Below are positions 19,497 to 30,232 of a stretch of DNA of 64,000 nt, one piece after another. A program made the translations under genes and the position numbers. The DNA comes from an uncultured Phycisphaerales bacterium. Its GTDB lineage: Bacteria; Planctomycetota; Phycisphaerae; Tepidisphaerales; Tepidisphaeraceae. The notes under the pieces were generated by a model. The model ran no database searches. It was not told the origin of the DNA and was given only the letters and a program-made list of their open reading frames with translations. Location: positions 224,001-288,000 of the forward strand of contig CAWBWQ010000001.1 in the NCBI GenBank assembly GCA_963792535.1, given 5' to 3'. The stretch's first letter is position 1, and the number at the start of each line of letters is the position of its first letter.

Positions 19497-19883
19497 GTGT
19501 CGAACGTTTTGTCTGGCAGCGAAACACCCAGCTGCTTGCACTGGTTTTGTGGTGAGCATCTGTACGCGAATGCCCCCTTCACATTTGGGGTGGGTTGGTG
19601 TCAATCGCAACAGACATCGCAAGCAGTTTTTGCGCTTTCCAGTTTTTTCTTGTGAATTTGGTCTTGCATTTCGCGTATTGTCCGGCAATATGTGCGCACT
19701 TGATTGTTGCGGGCAAAGACACAGCAATCGAGTAATGAAATGGGCCGGGGACCCGTGGTCCCCATATCCTAAAAGTTCCCCGACCTGGGGGCCAACCGCT
19801 GGTGGAACCAGCGATCGATCGGTTCGGGTTTAATCGGCATTCGCCCGGTTGACCTGCCTGATGAAATTTAGCACGGAGGCTAC

Positions 19884-20835
19884 ATGCCGCGTTCGCGTCA
19901 CCTGCAATTGCGTAATTTATTGGGTATCGGGGTTCTTGGTATCTCACTCACGGGCTGCGTTCCTGCCGAGCAATATGCGGCTGTGAAGATGCGCGCCGAG
20001 CAGCTTGCCGAGCAACTCGGTCACAGTCAGACCGAAATCAGCGAGGCCAATGCCCGCGCTGATGCCGCAAATCGCCAACTCGCCGCCGTGAATGGCAATG
20101 GCGCAACAAACGAAGCCCTGGTCAATAACCTCAACAGCCAGAATGCCGACCTCCAGAAAGAGGCCGACATGTGGAAACAGCGTTACGAAGATTCAGTCGG
20201 CAAGCTGGCCAGCGCGAATGTCGGCACGCAGGCTTTGCCAACACCTTTGAATAACGAACTGACCGCCTTCGCGGCCCAGAATCCCGATCTGGTGGAATTT
20301 GATTCCGCACGCGGCATGGTGAAGTTCAAGAGCGACGTGACGTTTGCCGTGGGTGATGCAACAGTTACTTCCAAGGCCCGCGAAGTGCTGGGTCGGTTTG
20401 CTTCGATCCTGAACTCCGCCGGTGCTGATGGATACGAACTGCTGGTCGCGGGTCACACCGACAATCAACCTGTCACCAATGAACGGACAATCAAGGCTGG
20501 CAATTTCGACAACTGGTATCTCTCGGCTCACCGCGCAGATCTCGGTTGGCAAGGAACTGGTCGCCGACGGTGTGAATTCCGGACGTATGGGCGTGGTCGG
20601 TTATGCCGACAAGCGTCCTATCGCCTCTAACAGCACCGCCAGTGGCAAGCAGCAGAATCGCCGGGTTGAAGTGCTGATTCTCCCGACGACGATCCACAGT
20701 TCACCTGCTCTGGCGATGTCGTCGTCAACCCCATCGCATTCCCGCCGGTCCCGGAAAGAGCCTGCTACGGCTGTTCCGGCAGCGGCTGAATTGAGCAAGG
20801 ACCAGCCGGCACCAGCGGTCAGTTTCACCAAATAA
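19884..20835 (+). CDS. OmpA/MotB-family peptidoglycan-binding lipoprotein with coiled coil; frameshift near 20538
   Basis: Lipobox LTG-C, coiled coil, GHTD, NWYLSAHRA, QNRRVE. Confidence 0.88.
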
Positions 20836-20893
20836 AACGATGGAAAAGCACGGGGGCTGCATTTTTCGCATCATACTTACGGAGTGATTCCGT

Positions 20894-20931
20894 CAGCCCC
20901 GCACGATTTATCGTGCGGGGCTGTTCCGTTT
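20894..20931 (+). terminator. Hairpin terminator after the OmpA/MotB gene
   Basis: CAGCCCCGCACGAT-TT-ATCGTGCGGGGCTG followed by TTCCGTTT. Confidence 0.7.
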
Positions 20932-21085
20932 ACAGGGGATCGCTAATCGGCTGTTTTTTTATTGACACTGTGTTAGGGCTTCAATAGCGTATACCGACCT
21001 CCGCCGCTGGACGATTTCCCATGAAGGCGGTTGCCTTTAAAAGTCCAATGGCACATGTCAGCGTCTGCAAAATCGAGGTAGCCGC

Positions 21086-21820
21086 GTGAATACCGAACTG
21101 CGTGAGCGGGCAGAAAAGATTCTTCAGTACACTTTCAAGAACCCCGAGTTATTGAAGGAATCGTTGACGCACGCCTCCATCGCGGACAATCGCCTGAACA
21201 GCAACGAACGGATGGAGTTCCTCGGTGACGCTGTGCTGGATGTCATTATCTGCGAGGCACTCTATCGGAAATTTCCCGAGTATTTGGAAGGGGAATTGAC
21301 CAAGGTAAAATCGGCTGTCGTCTCGCGGCGCACCTGCGCCGAGGTTTCCAACGAAACCGGTTTGACGGATCTGCTGATTATCGGAAAAGGGATCAGCTCG
21401 CGCGAATCCATGCCCAGTTCGCTGGCGGCAGCTGTTTACGAATCGCTCGTGGCGGCGGTTTATCTCGACGGCGGGTTTGAAGTGGTCAAGGAATATGTCC
21501 TGCGGACCATGACCCCCAAGATCGACATCATCTCGGCCAACTCGCATCAGCAGAATTACAAAGCGGTGCTTCAGCAGCACGCCCAGAAGATTCTGGCGCA
21601 TCCACCGATGTATGAACTGCTGGATGAAAAAGGCCCCGACCACAGCAAGTGCTTTGAAGTGGGTGTCACCGTGGATGGGCGGCGGTTTCCCTCGGCCTGG
21701 GGCCCGAATAAAAAGATGGCCGAGCAGAAAGCGGCACTGCTCGCACTCGAAGAGCTGGGGGTTTTCGATCCCGCCGAGGTGGATGACGCCATTCAGGAAA
21801 TCAGCACCGAAGGGGTTTGA
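21086..21820 (+). CDS. rnc: Ribonuclease III
   Basis: NERMEFLGDAVL signature and C-terminal dsRBD (GPDHSKCF, KKMAEQKAA). Confidence 0.97.
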   Translation: MNTELRERAEKILQYTFKNPELLKESLTHASIADNRLNSNERMEFLGDAVLDVIICEALYRKFPEYLEGELTKVKSAVVSRRTCAEVSNETGLTDLLIIGKGISSRESMPSSLAAAVYESLVAAVYLDGGFEVVKEYVLRTMTPKIDIISANSHQQNYKAVLQQHAQKILAHPPMYELLDEKGPDHSKCFEVGVTVDGRRFPSAWGPNKKMAEQKAALLALEELGVFDPAEVDDAIQEISTEGV

Positions 21821-22003
21821 GCGGCGGCGGGGCCTGCCGTAACCCGGGCGAAAATCGCCTGCAAAGATTCCATAAACTGTATTGCAAATTTGATGGATAA
21901 TTTGCATGATCTACGACAGTAACAGGCCGATAACCTATCATTGAAGGTAATATGGGCTCGGAAGGCGTCTTCCGGACCGACTTGTTTTTTGGAGATACGA
22001 GCC

Positions 22004-22723
22004 ATTTCTACGAATTTTCGCCATAACCATCAGATTCGGATTTCCCCGATACGCTTGATCAATTCCGAGGACGAACAACTCGGTATTGTGTCCACTTCCG
22101 ATGCCCTTCGCATGGCCACCGAGGCCTCGATGGACCTTGTCGAAGTTGCACCCAACGCCCGCCCGCCCGTGTGCAAGATCATGGACTATGGCAAGTGGCG
22201 CTACCAGCAGCAGAAAAAGGAAGATAAGTCGCGGGCATCAAACAAAGGCGGTCAGCTCAAGGAGCTGAAATTCAAGACCGTCAAAATCGGGGATCACGAT
22301 CTGCTGATCAAGATCAACCACGCCCGCGAATTCCTCAAAGAGGGAAACAAGGTGCAGTTCACCTTGCAGTTCCGTGGCCGCGAGATGGCGCATCTGGAAT
22401 TGGGACGCGCGATCTTTAAGAAGATCAAGGACGAACTGTTCCTCGTCAGCAAAATTGAACGCGACGCCAAGATGGAAGGCCGGCGCATGACGCTGGTGCT
22501 TCAACCCGACCACAAGAAGCCCGATGCCCTGCGTCCGGGCACAGCCGGCACCGTGCCCGTTCCCGCCCGGGCGGGCAGTGGTTTGAATATCCCGCCGCGC
22601 ACGGGTGTTGCAACGGGTGCTTCGCCCGCTGCTCCATCTGTCGCTCCCGGCCCTGCAGCGCCACCCGCTCCACGCGCTGTGGCGGCTCCCAAACCCGAAG
22701 CGGTCACCGCCGGACGCAGCTGA
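22004..22723 (+). CDS. infC: Translation initiation factor IF-3, probable AUU start
   Basis: DLVEVAPNARPPVCKIMDYGK, FRGRE; in-frame ATT at 22004 preceded by GGAG at 21991. Confidence 0.95.
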   Translation: MSTNFRHNHQIRISPIRLINSEDEQLGIVSTSDALRMATEASMDLVEVAPNARPPVCKIMDYGKWRYQQQKKEDKSRASNKGGQLKELKFKTVKIGDHDLLIKINHAREFLKEGNKVQFTLQFRGREMAHLELGRAIFKKIKDELFLVSKIERDAKMEGRRMTLVLQPDHKKPDALRPGTAGTVPVPARAGSGLNIPPRTGVATGASPAAPSVAPGPAAPPAPRAVAAPKPEAVTAGRS

Positions 22724-22748
22724 GTTTTTGTCTGATTCAAGTAACTGC

Positions 22749-22792
22749 CAGTCGCCAGTTGTGCATTGATATCAATGCACAACTGGCGATTG
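22749..22792. terminator. Long palindrome between convergent infC and tlyA-like genes (likely bidirectional terminator)
   Basis: TCGCCAGTTGTGCATTGAT|ATCAATGCACAACTGGCGA, a perfect 38-bp palindrome at 22752-22789. Confidence 0.7.
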
Positions 22793-22795
22793 TGT

Positions 22796-23377
22796 TTATG
22801 GACCACGTGCTGCAAGCAATGCGATCAGCTCCGTATTTCCTTTGCTTCCTTTGATCGGACTTTCGACGATCCGCAGCTGCTCAAACCCCGCTTGCTCTAT
22901 GTCCTGCTTGACCGCAGCCAGGATCGCGGGGATCCGCGTCACATCCAATATTCCCTTGCGAAGCGCCGATGGCTCGGCTTCGTAATGCGGCTTGATTAAT
23001 GTCAGCACGATGCCACCGGGGCGGATCAGTTTTTTCGCCGACGGTAAAATTCTACGCTGTCGCGTCCAGGCAACGTCGATGCTTACCACATCCACCGGTT
23101 CAGGAAGCTGCACGTGCATCGCATTGAGACGTTCCATCACGACAACGCGGGAATCGTTTCTCAACTTCCAGTCGAGTACGCCATAACCGGTGTCGACGGC
23201 ATACACTTTTGTCGCCCCGCGCTGAAGCAGGCAATCGGTGAATCCGCCCGTGCTGCATCCCAGATCGGCGGCGATCATCCCCCTGACATCCACTGCGAAG
23301 CACCCCAGCGCGTGGTCCAGCTTCTGCCCGGCGCGGGAGACATAATTTCCAGGTGCGGGAGCGGGTTGATCCATCAA
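22796..23377 (-). CDS. tlyA: TlyA-family RNA 2'-O-methyltransferase lacking the N-terminal S4 domain
   Basis: YVSRAGQKL, DLGCSTGGFTDCLLQRGA, LIKPHYE, SPIKG..GNTE. Confidence 0.88.
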   Translation of the reverse strand: MMDQPAPAPGNYVSRAGQKLDHALGCFAVDVRGMIAADLGCSTGGFTDCLLQRGATKVYAVDTGYGVLDWKLRNDSRVVVMERLNAMHVQLPEPVDVVSIDVAWTRQRRILPSAKKLIRPGGIVLTLIKPHYEAEPSALRKGILDVTRIPAILAAVKQDIEQAGFEQLRIVESPIKGSKGNTELIALLAARGP

Positions 23378-23465
23378 ATTTTCGCAAAAGAGATTTCGGC
23401 GCTGGCGCGCCGCGTGCTGACCACTACCATAGACGCGAGTAAACTATTTTCCACTGGAGGTTCGC

Positions 23466-23711
23466 ATGTTTCGAATGATCAAATTAGCTGCTTTTGTGCT
23501 GTTCGGATATTTTATCTATGAAGCGATCAAGGGAATCGCCGAGCCGCGCCAGTCGTCCAGGAGCAGCGGGCAACCGTCCAACAGCGGCGGGCAGGAGCAG
23601 TCTCGGATGCCCGGCGGTGGCAATCAGGAAGACATGGCCAGCATTCCCGTATTCGACGCATCGGGCGGCCGCCGGACTCAGCGCGTGGGTCGCGGGGTAA
23701 TTGCCCGCTAG
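23466..23711 (+). CDS. Small membrane-anchored hypothetical protein
   Basis: GGAGG RBS, one N-terminal TM helix, C-terminal RVGRGVI. Confidence 0.65.
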   Translation: MFRMIKLAAFVLFGYFIYEAIKGIAEPRQSSRSSGQPSNSGGQEQSRMPGGGNQEDMASIPVFDASGGRRTQRVGRGVIAR

Positions 23712-23833
23712 CAGAATTTGCCGCACGAGTTGCGGAAATGTAACCGCTTGGGACACGTCGAAGAAGCCGCAGTACATTCGCTTCTTCAACGTGTTCTTTG
23801 CTTTTTTTATACTCACGTTTTTTTGAGGCGATC

Positions 23834-24778
23834 ATGAAAATCGGTTTCGTAGGGCTGGGAAAAATGGGCGGGAATATGGTTTTGCGTCTCGCCATCGGGT
23901 CGCCGGATCGCAGCGTCACCGGCGGGCACGAGGTTGTTGGATTTGCCAAGGATCCTAACCCGGATCTGGTCAATGTTCCGGGCGTTCAGGTGGTGGACGA
24001 TCTGTCCCGGATGATAGGTCTCCTTCCCTCGCCGCGCATTGTGTGGGTCATGGTGCCCGCAGGCAACGTAACTGAAACGGTCATAGCCGATTTGACTCAG
24101 TTGCTGCAAAAAGATGACGTGATTATCGACGGCGGGAATAGCTATTACAAAGATTCCGTGCGCCGCGCCAATGGTTTGAAGAGCCGAGGCATTGGTTTTC
24201 TGGATGTCGGCACCAGCGGCGGTGTCTGGGGCCGGGCCGAGGGATATTGCATGATGGTCGGTGGTGCCCGCGAAACGGTCGCACTGTGCAAGCCTGTCTT
24301 CGATACGCTGGCACCGAAGGACGGGTGGGCTCACATGGGTGACTCGGGCGCGGGTCATTTTGTGAAGATGGTTCACAACGGCATCGAGTACGGCATGATG
24401 CAGGCGTACGGCGAGGGCTTCGAGGTTCTTTATAAGTCAGAGTATAATTTCGATTTGGAATCGATCGCAAAAGTTTGGAATCGCGGCAGTGTGGTGCGCA
24501 GCTGGTTGCTGGAACTCGGCGAGCGCGCGCTGGCAAAAGAGGGGGACCTGAAATCAATCGCGCCTTACGTGGCCGACAGCGGTGAAGGCCGCTGGACGCT
24601 TCAGGCGGCGATGGAAGAAGATGTGCCTGTGCCCGTGCTGGCAGCCAGCTTGTTCTCGCGTTTTGCCAGTCGGGATCCCTACAACTTCACCGCGCGTTTT
24701 AATGCCGCTTTGCGAAATCAATTTGGCGGGCATGTGATCAAGCGCGTTCGAACCCGAAGCCCGGGCACTGGATCATGA
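23834..24778 (+). CDS. gnd: 6-phosphogluconate dehydrogenase, short decarboxylating type
   Basis: GLGKMG, IDGGNS, GTSGG, FVKMVHNGIEYGMMQ, DSGEGRWT, LRNQFGGH. Confidence 0.95.
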   Translation: MKIGFVGLGKMGGNMVLRLAIGSPDRSVTGGHEVVGFAKDPNPDLVNVPGVQVVDDLSRMIGLLPSPRIVWVMVPAGNVTETVIADLTQLLQKDDVIIDGGNSYYKDSVRRANGLKSRGIGFLDVGTSGGVWGRAEGYCMMVGGARETVALCKPVFDTLAPKDGWAHMGDSGAGHFVKMVHNGIEYGMMQAYGEGFEVLYKSEYNFDLESIAKVWNRGSVVRSWLLELGERALAKEGDLKSIAPYVADSGEGRWTLQAAMEEDVPVPVLAASLFSRFASRDPYNFTARFNAALRNQFGGHVIKRVRTRSPGTGS

Positions 24779-24910
24779 TGGAAGTGTTTCACCCGTCCAT
24801 ACCGAAAAGTAATCTGGGCTAAGTGTCGGCAACATTTCGACGTTGCCTGTTTCTTACATCGCGAAATATTTCATCTCTCGGTACCCTCTCTATATTGAAG
24901 AGAGTGCTGA

Positions 24911-26587
24911 ATGATTGAAGACCACGCACAACTAGCGATGGCCGGTGGGCGGATGCCCGTCGGAGCCGACCAGCCCGCGGGAGATACCAGCGGGCTCATG
25001 TTGTGGGTGCGCCGGAACGGGACACCGCCGGCGCTATTGGCATTTGCCGATCGGCATCGCCTGGCGCTGTGGACCGCGATGCTCTGTTTTTATCTTGCTG
25101 CTTTTAATGGCCAGTGGCGTATTCAGTCGGATGCTGCCCTTTATCTCTCCATCGGGCGGAATCTCGCGCACGGATTGGGTTTCACATACCTCGGCGAACC
25201 CAATCACCTGGCCTATCCCGGCTGGCCCGGGTTGATCGCGCTGACCTTCAAACTATTCGGCGCAAAGTCACTTGCGCCAGTGAATCTGCTGATGATGCTG
25301 ATGTCGCTGGCGACGGTCGCGATGGTCTACCGCCTGTTCCTCCTGCATTCGGGCAGGCCAACCGCTGTTGTCATCTCGATCGGGGTCGGGTTGACCAAGG
25401 CTTTTTTCTGTTATGGATTTGAGTTGTGGTCCGACATGCCATTTGCCCTGGGCGCGATCTGCACGCTGGCGGGCTATGAAGGGCTTTTCGGTCGTCGCGG
25501 GGTTCAATCAGATGCGGGGCATTCCAACAATCCGCGCGCGGCATGGAAGCACGGGGTCGACTGGTTTTTACTCATCGGCGGCCTCCTGTTTGCCGCAGCC
25601 ATGCGCCCCACAATCTGGCCGCTGCTTGCCGCACTCGGGCTCGCGATGATTGCAGAGACTTTCCGCAGGCGAATCCGCTGGCGCATCCTGATTGGTGTGA
25701 TCGCAGTCGCAATTGCTGTTACTGTTTTGGTAATGCGCGTTGACTGGTTGCGCCGACCTGCGCGGGTTCGGCACGGTGTACGAGGAATATCTTCTAAACC
25801 GAATCACTGGAAAAACCGCCAGCGCGGTGAACCATCCGTTCAGTGAGAATTTTCGCGATCTGTTCTGCTGGGCTGCATCCGATGTCCTGTTCCAGGCCCG
25901 GCTCGGGCTGCTCTGCAATACGTTGCTCAGCACCCTTGTGCTTGGGCTGGGATTTGGATTGTTCCGTTATCGCCTGCTGTGGGGATTCTGGTTTTGTCTC
26001 CTGCTGGCGACGATCCTGGTCTCGCAGGAAACGCTGGATCGCTATTTCCTTCCAGTGCTTCCACTGCTTGTCTTTGCCTGGTGGGAACTGCTGGTGGGGT
26101 GCTATTACGCGGCCACGGATTGGTGCCGCAGGCTCGAGCTGCCGCCGTGCATTCCTCAACTGATTTTTATCGGGCTTGTCGCGACCGGCAGTCTGATGAA
26201 TCTGACCAAGGTGGGTGGAATTATTCTGCAGCAGCGGCAGCACCGTTCCTGGCCAGCTACGATAAAGGCACCTACGACGCAGCCCCGCGATTTTGTGAAC
26301 TGCTGCGCGAGCATGTCGGGGACAAAGCCACCGTCATCGTGGCTGCCCCATACGGCAGGGTGACCGAATACCTGAGTGAGCGATTCGTGACCAGCGCGAT
26401 CAATGTGACTGTGCAGCAGATGAAAACGCATCCCATTTTCGTCGTCGAACCCTGCGATCTGCAGACCCGAACCAAGCTGCTTGAGGCGGGGCTGGTTGAA
26501 GGCCCGGCAATTTTTACTGTGCTCCCCTCTCCCAGTCATGGTCCTTCCGCCATTGCACTCTCGCTGCACGCCACCCGCCGAAGATAA
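24911..26587 (+). CDS. Polytopic membrane protein, GT-C/ArnT-like glycosyltransferase; frameshifts near 25750 and 26240
   Basis: DAALYLSIGRNLAHGLG, YPGWP, SDMPF, RYFLPVLP and many TM segments over three frames. Confidence 0.65.
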
Positions 26588-26709
26588 ACGGCCGTCTTGC
26601 GTGATACATCAACGGCAACATCTTTTGAACGCAGCGCATTTCGTCATTTAACATTGCGTTCCCAACGCCGCCGCCGTATCTCTCTGGCATATAAGTAAGG
26701 AGAACATTC

Positions 26710-28242
26710 ATGGCGACGTCAACTCCGTGCGGAATTATCATCTTCGGTGCCAGTGGTGATCTGGCCAAGCGAAAGCTCATCCCCGCCTTGTACGAGCTTG
26801 CGAGGGAAAAACTTCTCGACGAAAAATCGTATGTCTTGGGCTATTCGCGATCGGAAATGACCGACGAGCAATTTCGCGCCGATGCCCGCGAAGCGGTTAC
26901 AAAATACGCCGCGCACTAAACCGATGGACGAAGCGGTTTGGAAGAGCCTCGAAGCCCGGTTGTTTTATATTTCCGCCGACTACGGTTCAGACGAAGGACA
27001 CCAGAAGTCCGCCCACGCGCCGACCAATTGGACAAGCAGTTTGGCACGCCTCCAAACCGCCTGTTTTATATCTCGACACCACCGGCGACTTTCGAACCGA
27101 TCATCGCCGGCATAGGAAAAGTATCAGCCGGCAAAAAAGCGGCCGGGGATAGCGGATGGCATCGTGTGATTATCGAAAAACCATTCGGCCGCGATCTTGC
27201 GTCGGCCAAGTCGTTGAACGACTTGCTGCACAGGAATTTCAAGGAAGAACAGGTTTTCCGCATCGACCATTACCTCGGCAAAGAAACGGTTCAGAACCTG
27301 ATGGTGATGCGCTTTGCCAACTCTATTTTCGAACCGATCTGGAATTATAAATATATCGACCATGTGCAGATCACCGTCAGTGAAACGCTGGGTGTGGAAA
27401 AGCGCGGCGGATATTACGACAAAAGCGGCGCACTGCGCGACATGGTGCAGAACCACCTGTTTCAGTTAATGGCGCTGGTTGCCCTGGAACCACCGGCCGC
27501 GCTGGATGCGGTAAGCATTCGCGATGAAAAGGTAAAAGTGTTCAAGAGCGTTCGTCCGTTCGATCCGAAACATCTCGATTCATTTGTCGTTCGAGGCCAG
27601 TACGGCCCCGGCGATGCCAACGGCGCAAAAACCCCCGGCTACAACCACGAAAAAGATGTTCCTGTGGACTCGACAACCGAAAGTTTTGTCGCGCTCAAAT
27701 TATTTATCGATAACTGGCGCTGGAGCGGCACACCGTTCTACCTGCGAACCGGCAAATACCTCCCCGAGAAGTTAAGCGAAGTGGTGGTGCGGTTCAGGTC
27801 TCCCCCTTTGACGTTGTTTCAAAAGCAGTGCGATTCACCGGTCTATCCGAATGACCTGATCATTCGCGTTCAACCGGAAGAGGGAATCAGCTGGCGCTTC
27901 AATGGCAAGGTGCCTGGCGGGTCGCTGAACATCAAGCCCGTCGCGATGGACATGAGCTACAAGACTACATTTCATGTCGAACCGCCCGAGGCCTATGAGC
28001 GGTTAATCTTCGACTGCATTGCCGGTGAGCAGACGCTTTTCATTCGCGGCGACGAAGCCGAAGCTGCCTGGGCGGTGGTGGATCCGATCGAACAAGGCTG
28101 GGCCAAGGGCCTTAATCCGCCAAAACCCTATGACCCAGGTACATGGGGGCCCAAGGCCGCCTCGGATCTTATCGAACTGGATGGTCGAAGATGGCTGCAC
28201 AATGGCGATGGAAGCGACCCTGTCATTGCGTGCTCGTTATAA
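26710..28242 (+). CDS. zwf: Glucose-6-phosphate 1-dehydrogenase; frameshifts near 26910 and 27010
   Basis: FGASGDLAKRKLIPALY, EKPFG, RIDHYLGKE, DMVQNH, NWRWSGTPFYLRTGK. Confidence 0.96.
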
Positions 28243-28418
28243 GACGTTTGAGCCGCGCTGAAGACAAGCATGTAGTGCAGTTGGCTGCGTTGTCCAACGA
28301 GATGGCGATTTTGCGAATCGACGCGCATCAACGCCGATTGAGAAGCAACTGCGAATTTTCGTTACACCGCAGACTTGGATCTTTCCACAAAACTCTGGCA
28401 ACCTGACGATATCACACG

Positions 28419-30200
28419 ATGGCCGTAATCCTTCAGCAACCCGGTAGATTCCGAAAGCTCTTTGCTGCGCCGGCGTCGGTTGGTGTCGAGTTGTTTGTCA
28501 TCGCCGGCGTTGCTGCGCTGTTTGCCGGATTGGTTTTGATCGGGGAGCGCGCCACCGCGAAGATGCCGGAACGGTTTACACTTCGGCCTGAACTGAGATT
28601 CTTACCTCTTTACACTGCCTTCACACTGCTTCGCGGAATCGTTGCGTATATGTTGTCGCTGGCCTTCACTCTGGTCTATGGCATCGTTGCAGCCCATAGC
28701 CGCCGAGCGGAAAAGATCATGCTGCCCGTGCTGGACGTGCTCCAGTCGCTGCCGGTGCTGACGTTCCTTCCCGGGCTGTATCTGCTGTTTGCCGACATGT
28801 TCCCGCACAGGCAGATCGGGCTGGAACTCGCGTGCATTATTACCATCTTCACGGCCCAGGCGTGGAATATGTGTTTTAGTTTCTTCGGTTCGGTGCGCGG
28901 TATTCCCGCACCGCTTCGCGAGGTGGCAGCGATTCAAAACCTGAATGCCTGGCAGGTTTTTCGCATGCTGGAAGTGCCTGCCAGCATGATCGGGCTGGTC
29001 TGGAATTCAATGATCTCGATGGCGGGGGGATGGTTCTTCATCGCCACCAGCGAGACTTTCGACAAATATAAATTGCCCGGCCTGGGATCGTATATGAGCG
29101 ATGCCCAGGATTCAGGCAACAAGATCCACCAGCTGGCAGCGGTCATCGCAATGGTGCTCATGATCGTAGGGCTCGATCAACTGCTGTGGCGTCCAATCGT
29201 AGTCTGGTCCGAGCGATTCAAACTTGAAGATATCTCATCGGGTGATCCCCCGCGGTCGTGGGTTGTGGACCTGCTGGGCCATTCCCGCCTGGTGGTCTGG
29301 GCTCGCAAGTTGGCGACGCGCCGGCGACAGGCGCGCGCCATTCACGTCGCCGCCCGCAAGGCTCCGAGTCCAGAAAAAATACAACAGCGCCGGCAACTGT
29401 CCGCTTTTGTCAGCAAGGCCCTGACCGCCATCGTGCTGCTGGCGCTAACGGCTGGTTTGCTATGGGGTGCGTGGGCTTTGTTCTCTTTGCTGCGACGTGT
29501 GCCAATTGTCGATCACTCACCGCCGCCCTCGGATGGTGTTTGGTATCCGATGGACTGGCGATCCATTGCGCTCGGCCTGGGCGCCTCGTTCCTGCGCGTT
29601 ACCGCTACCGTGGTGGTAGGCGCTGCCTGGACTCTGCCGGCTGGCATCCTGATCGGGCTTAACCCCAAATGGTCGCAACGCCTGCAGCCGGTCATTCAGG
29701 TGGTGGGAAGCTTTCCCGCACCCATGCTGTTCCCGTGGGTGGTGATTTTGCTGGCTCTTTTACACGTTCCCTTTTCCATCGGCTGCATCTCGCTGCTGCT
29801 GCTCGGCACGCAGTGGTACGTGCTGTTTAATGTGATCGCCGGCGCGATGGCGATTCCCAATGATCTTCGCGAAGTCGGCCGGGTCAATCACCTGGGTCGA
29901 TGGTTCACCTGGCGCAGCCTCTATATTCCCGCGGTTTTTCCCTATCTGGTGACCGGCCTGCTGACGGCAACCGGTGGCGCGTGGAACGCAACAATCGTAG
30001 CTGAATATTTTTCAATGGGCGGCCAGGAGCGGGCCACCTTTGGGCTCGGAAGCATGATCGTCCTGGCGACCCAGAACAAAAACTTTCCCGTGCTCGCCGC
30101 CTCGGCCCTGACCATGGCCATTTTCGTGGTGGTGGTCAATCGCCTGGTCTGGAAGAGGCTCGGTCGCATTGCGGAGTCGCGGTATAGTTTGAATGTGTAG
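28419..30200 (+). CDS. NitT/TauT-family ABC transporter permease with two fused TM domains
   Basis: Two repeated permease modules (DVLQSLPVL.., WNMCFS; PVIQVVGSFPA.., QWYVLFNVIAG). Confidence 0.9.
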   Translation: MAVILQQPGRFRKLFAAPASVGVELFVIAGVAALFAGLVLIGERATAKMPERFTLRPELRFLPLYTAFTLLRGIVAYMLSLAFTLVYGIVAAHSRRAEKIMLPVLDVLQSLPVLTFLPGLYLLFADMFPHRQIGLELACIITIFTAQAWNMCFSFFGSVRGIPAPLREVAAIQNLNAWQVFRMLEVPASMIGLVWNSMISMAGGWFFIATSETFDKYKLPGLGSYMSDAQDSGNKIHQLAAVIAMVLMIVGLDQLLWRPIVVWSERFKLEDISSGDPPRSWVVDLLGHSRLVVWARKLATRRRQARAIHVAARKAPSPEKIQQRRQLSAFVSKALTAIVLLALTAGLLWGAWALFSLLRRVPIVDHSPPPSDGVWYPMDWRSIALGLGASFLRVTATVVVGAAWTLPAGILIGLNPKWSQRLQPVIQVVGSFPAPMLFPWVVILLALLHVPFSIGCISLLLLGTQWYVLFNVIAGAMAIPNDLREVGRVNHLGRWFTWRSLYIPAVFPYLVTGLLTATGGAWNATIVAEYFSMGGQERATFGLGSMIVLATQNKNFPVLAASALTMAIFVVVVNRLVWKRLGRIAESRYSLNV

Positions 30201-30232
30201 AACCACGCCGACCGGCTGGTCTGGAGATAAAC

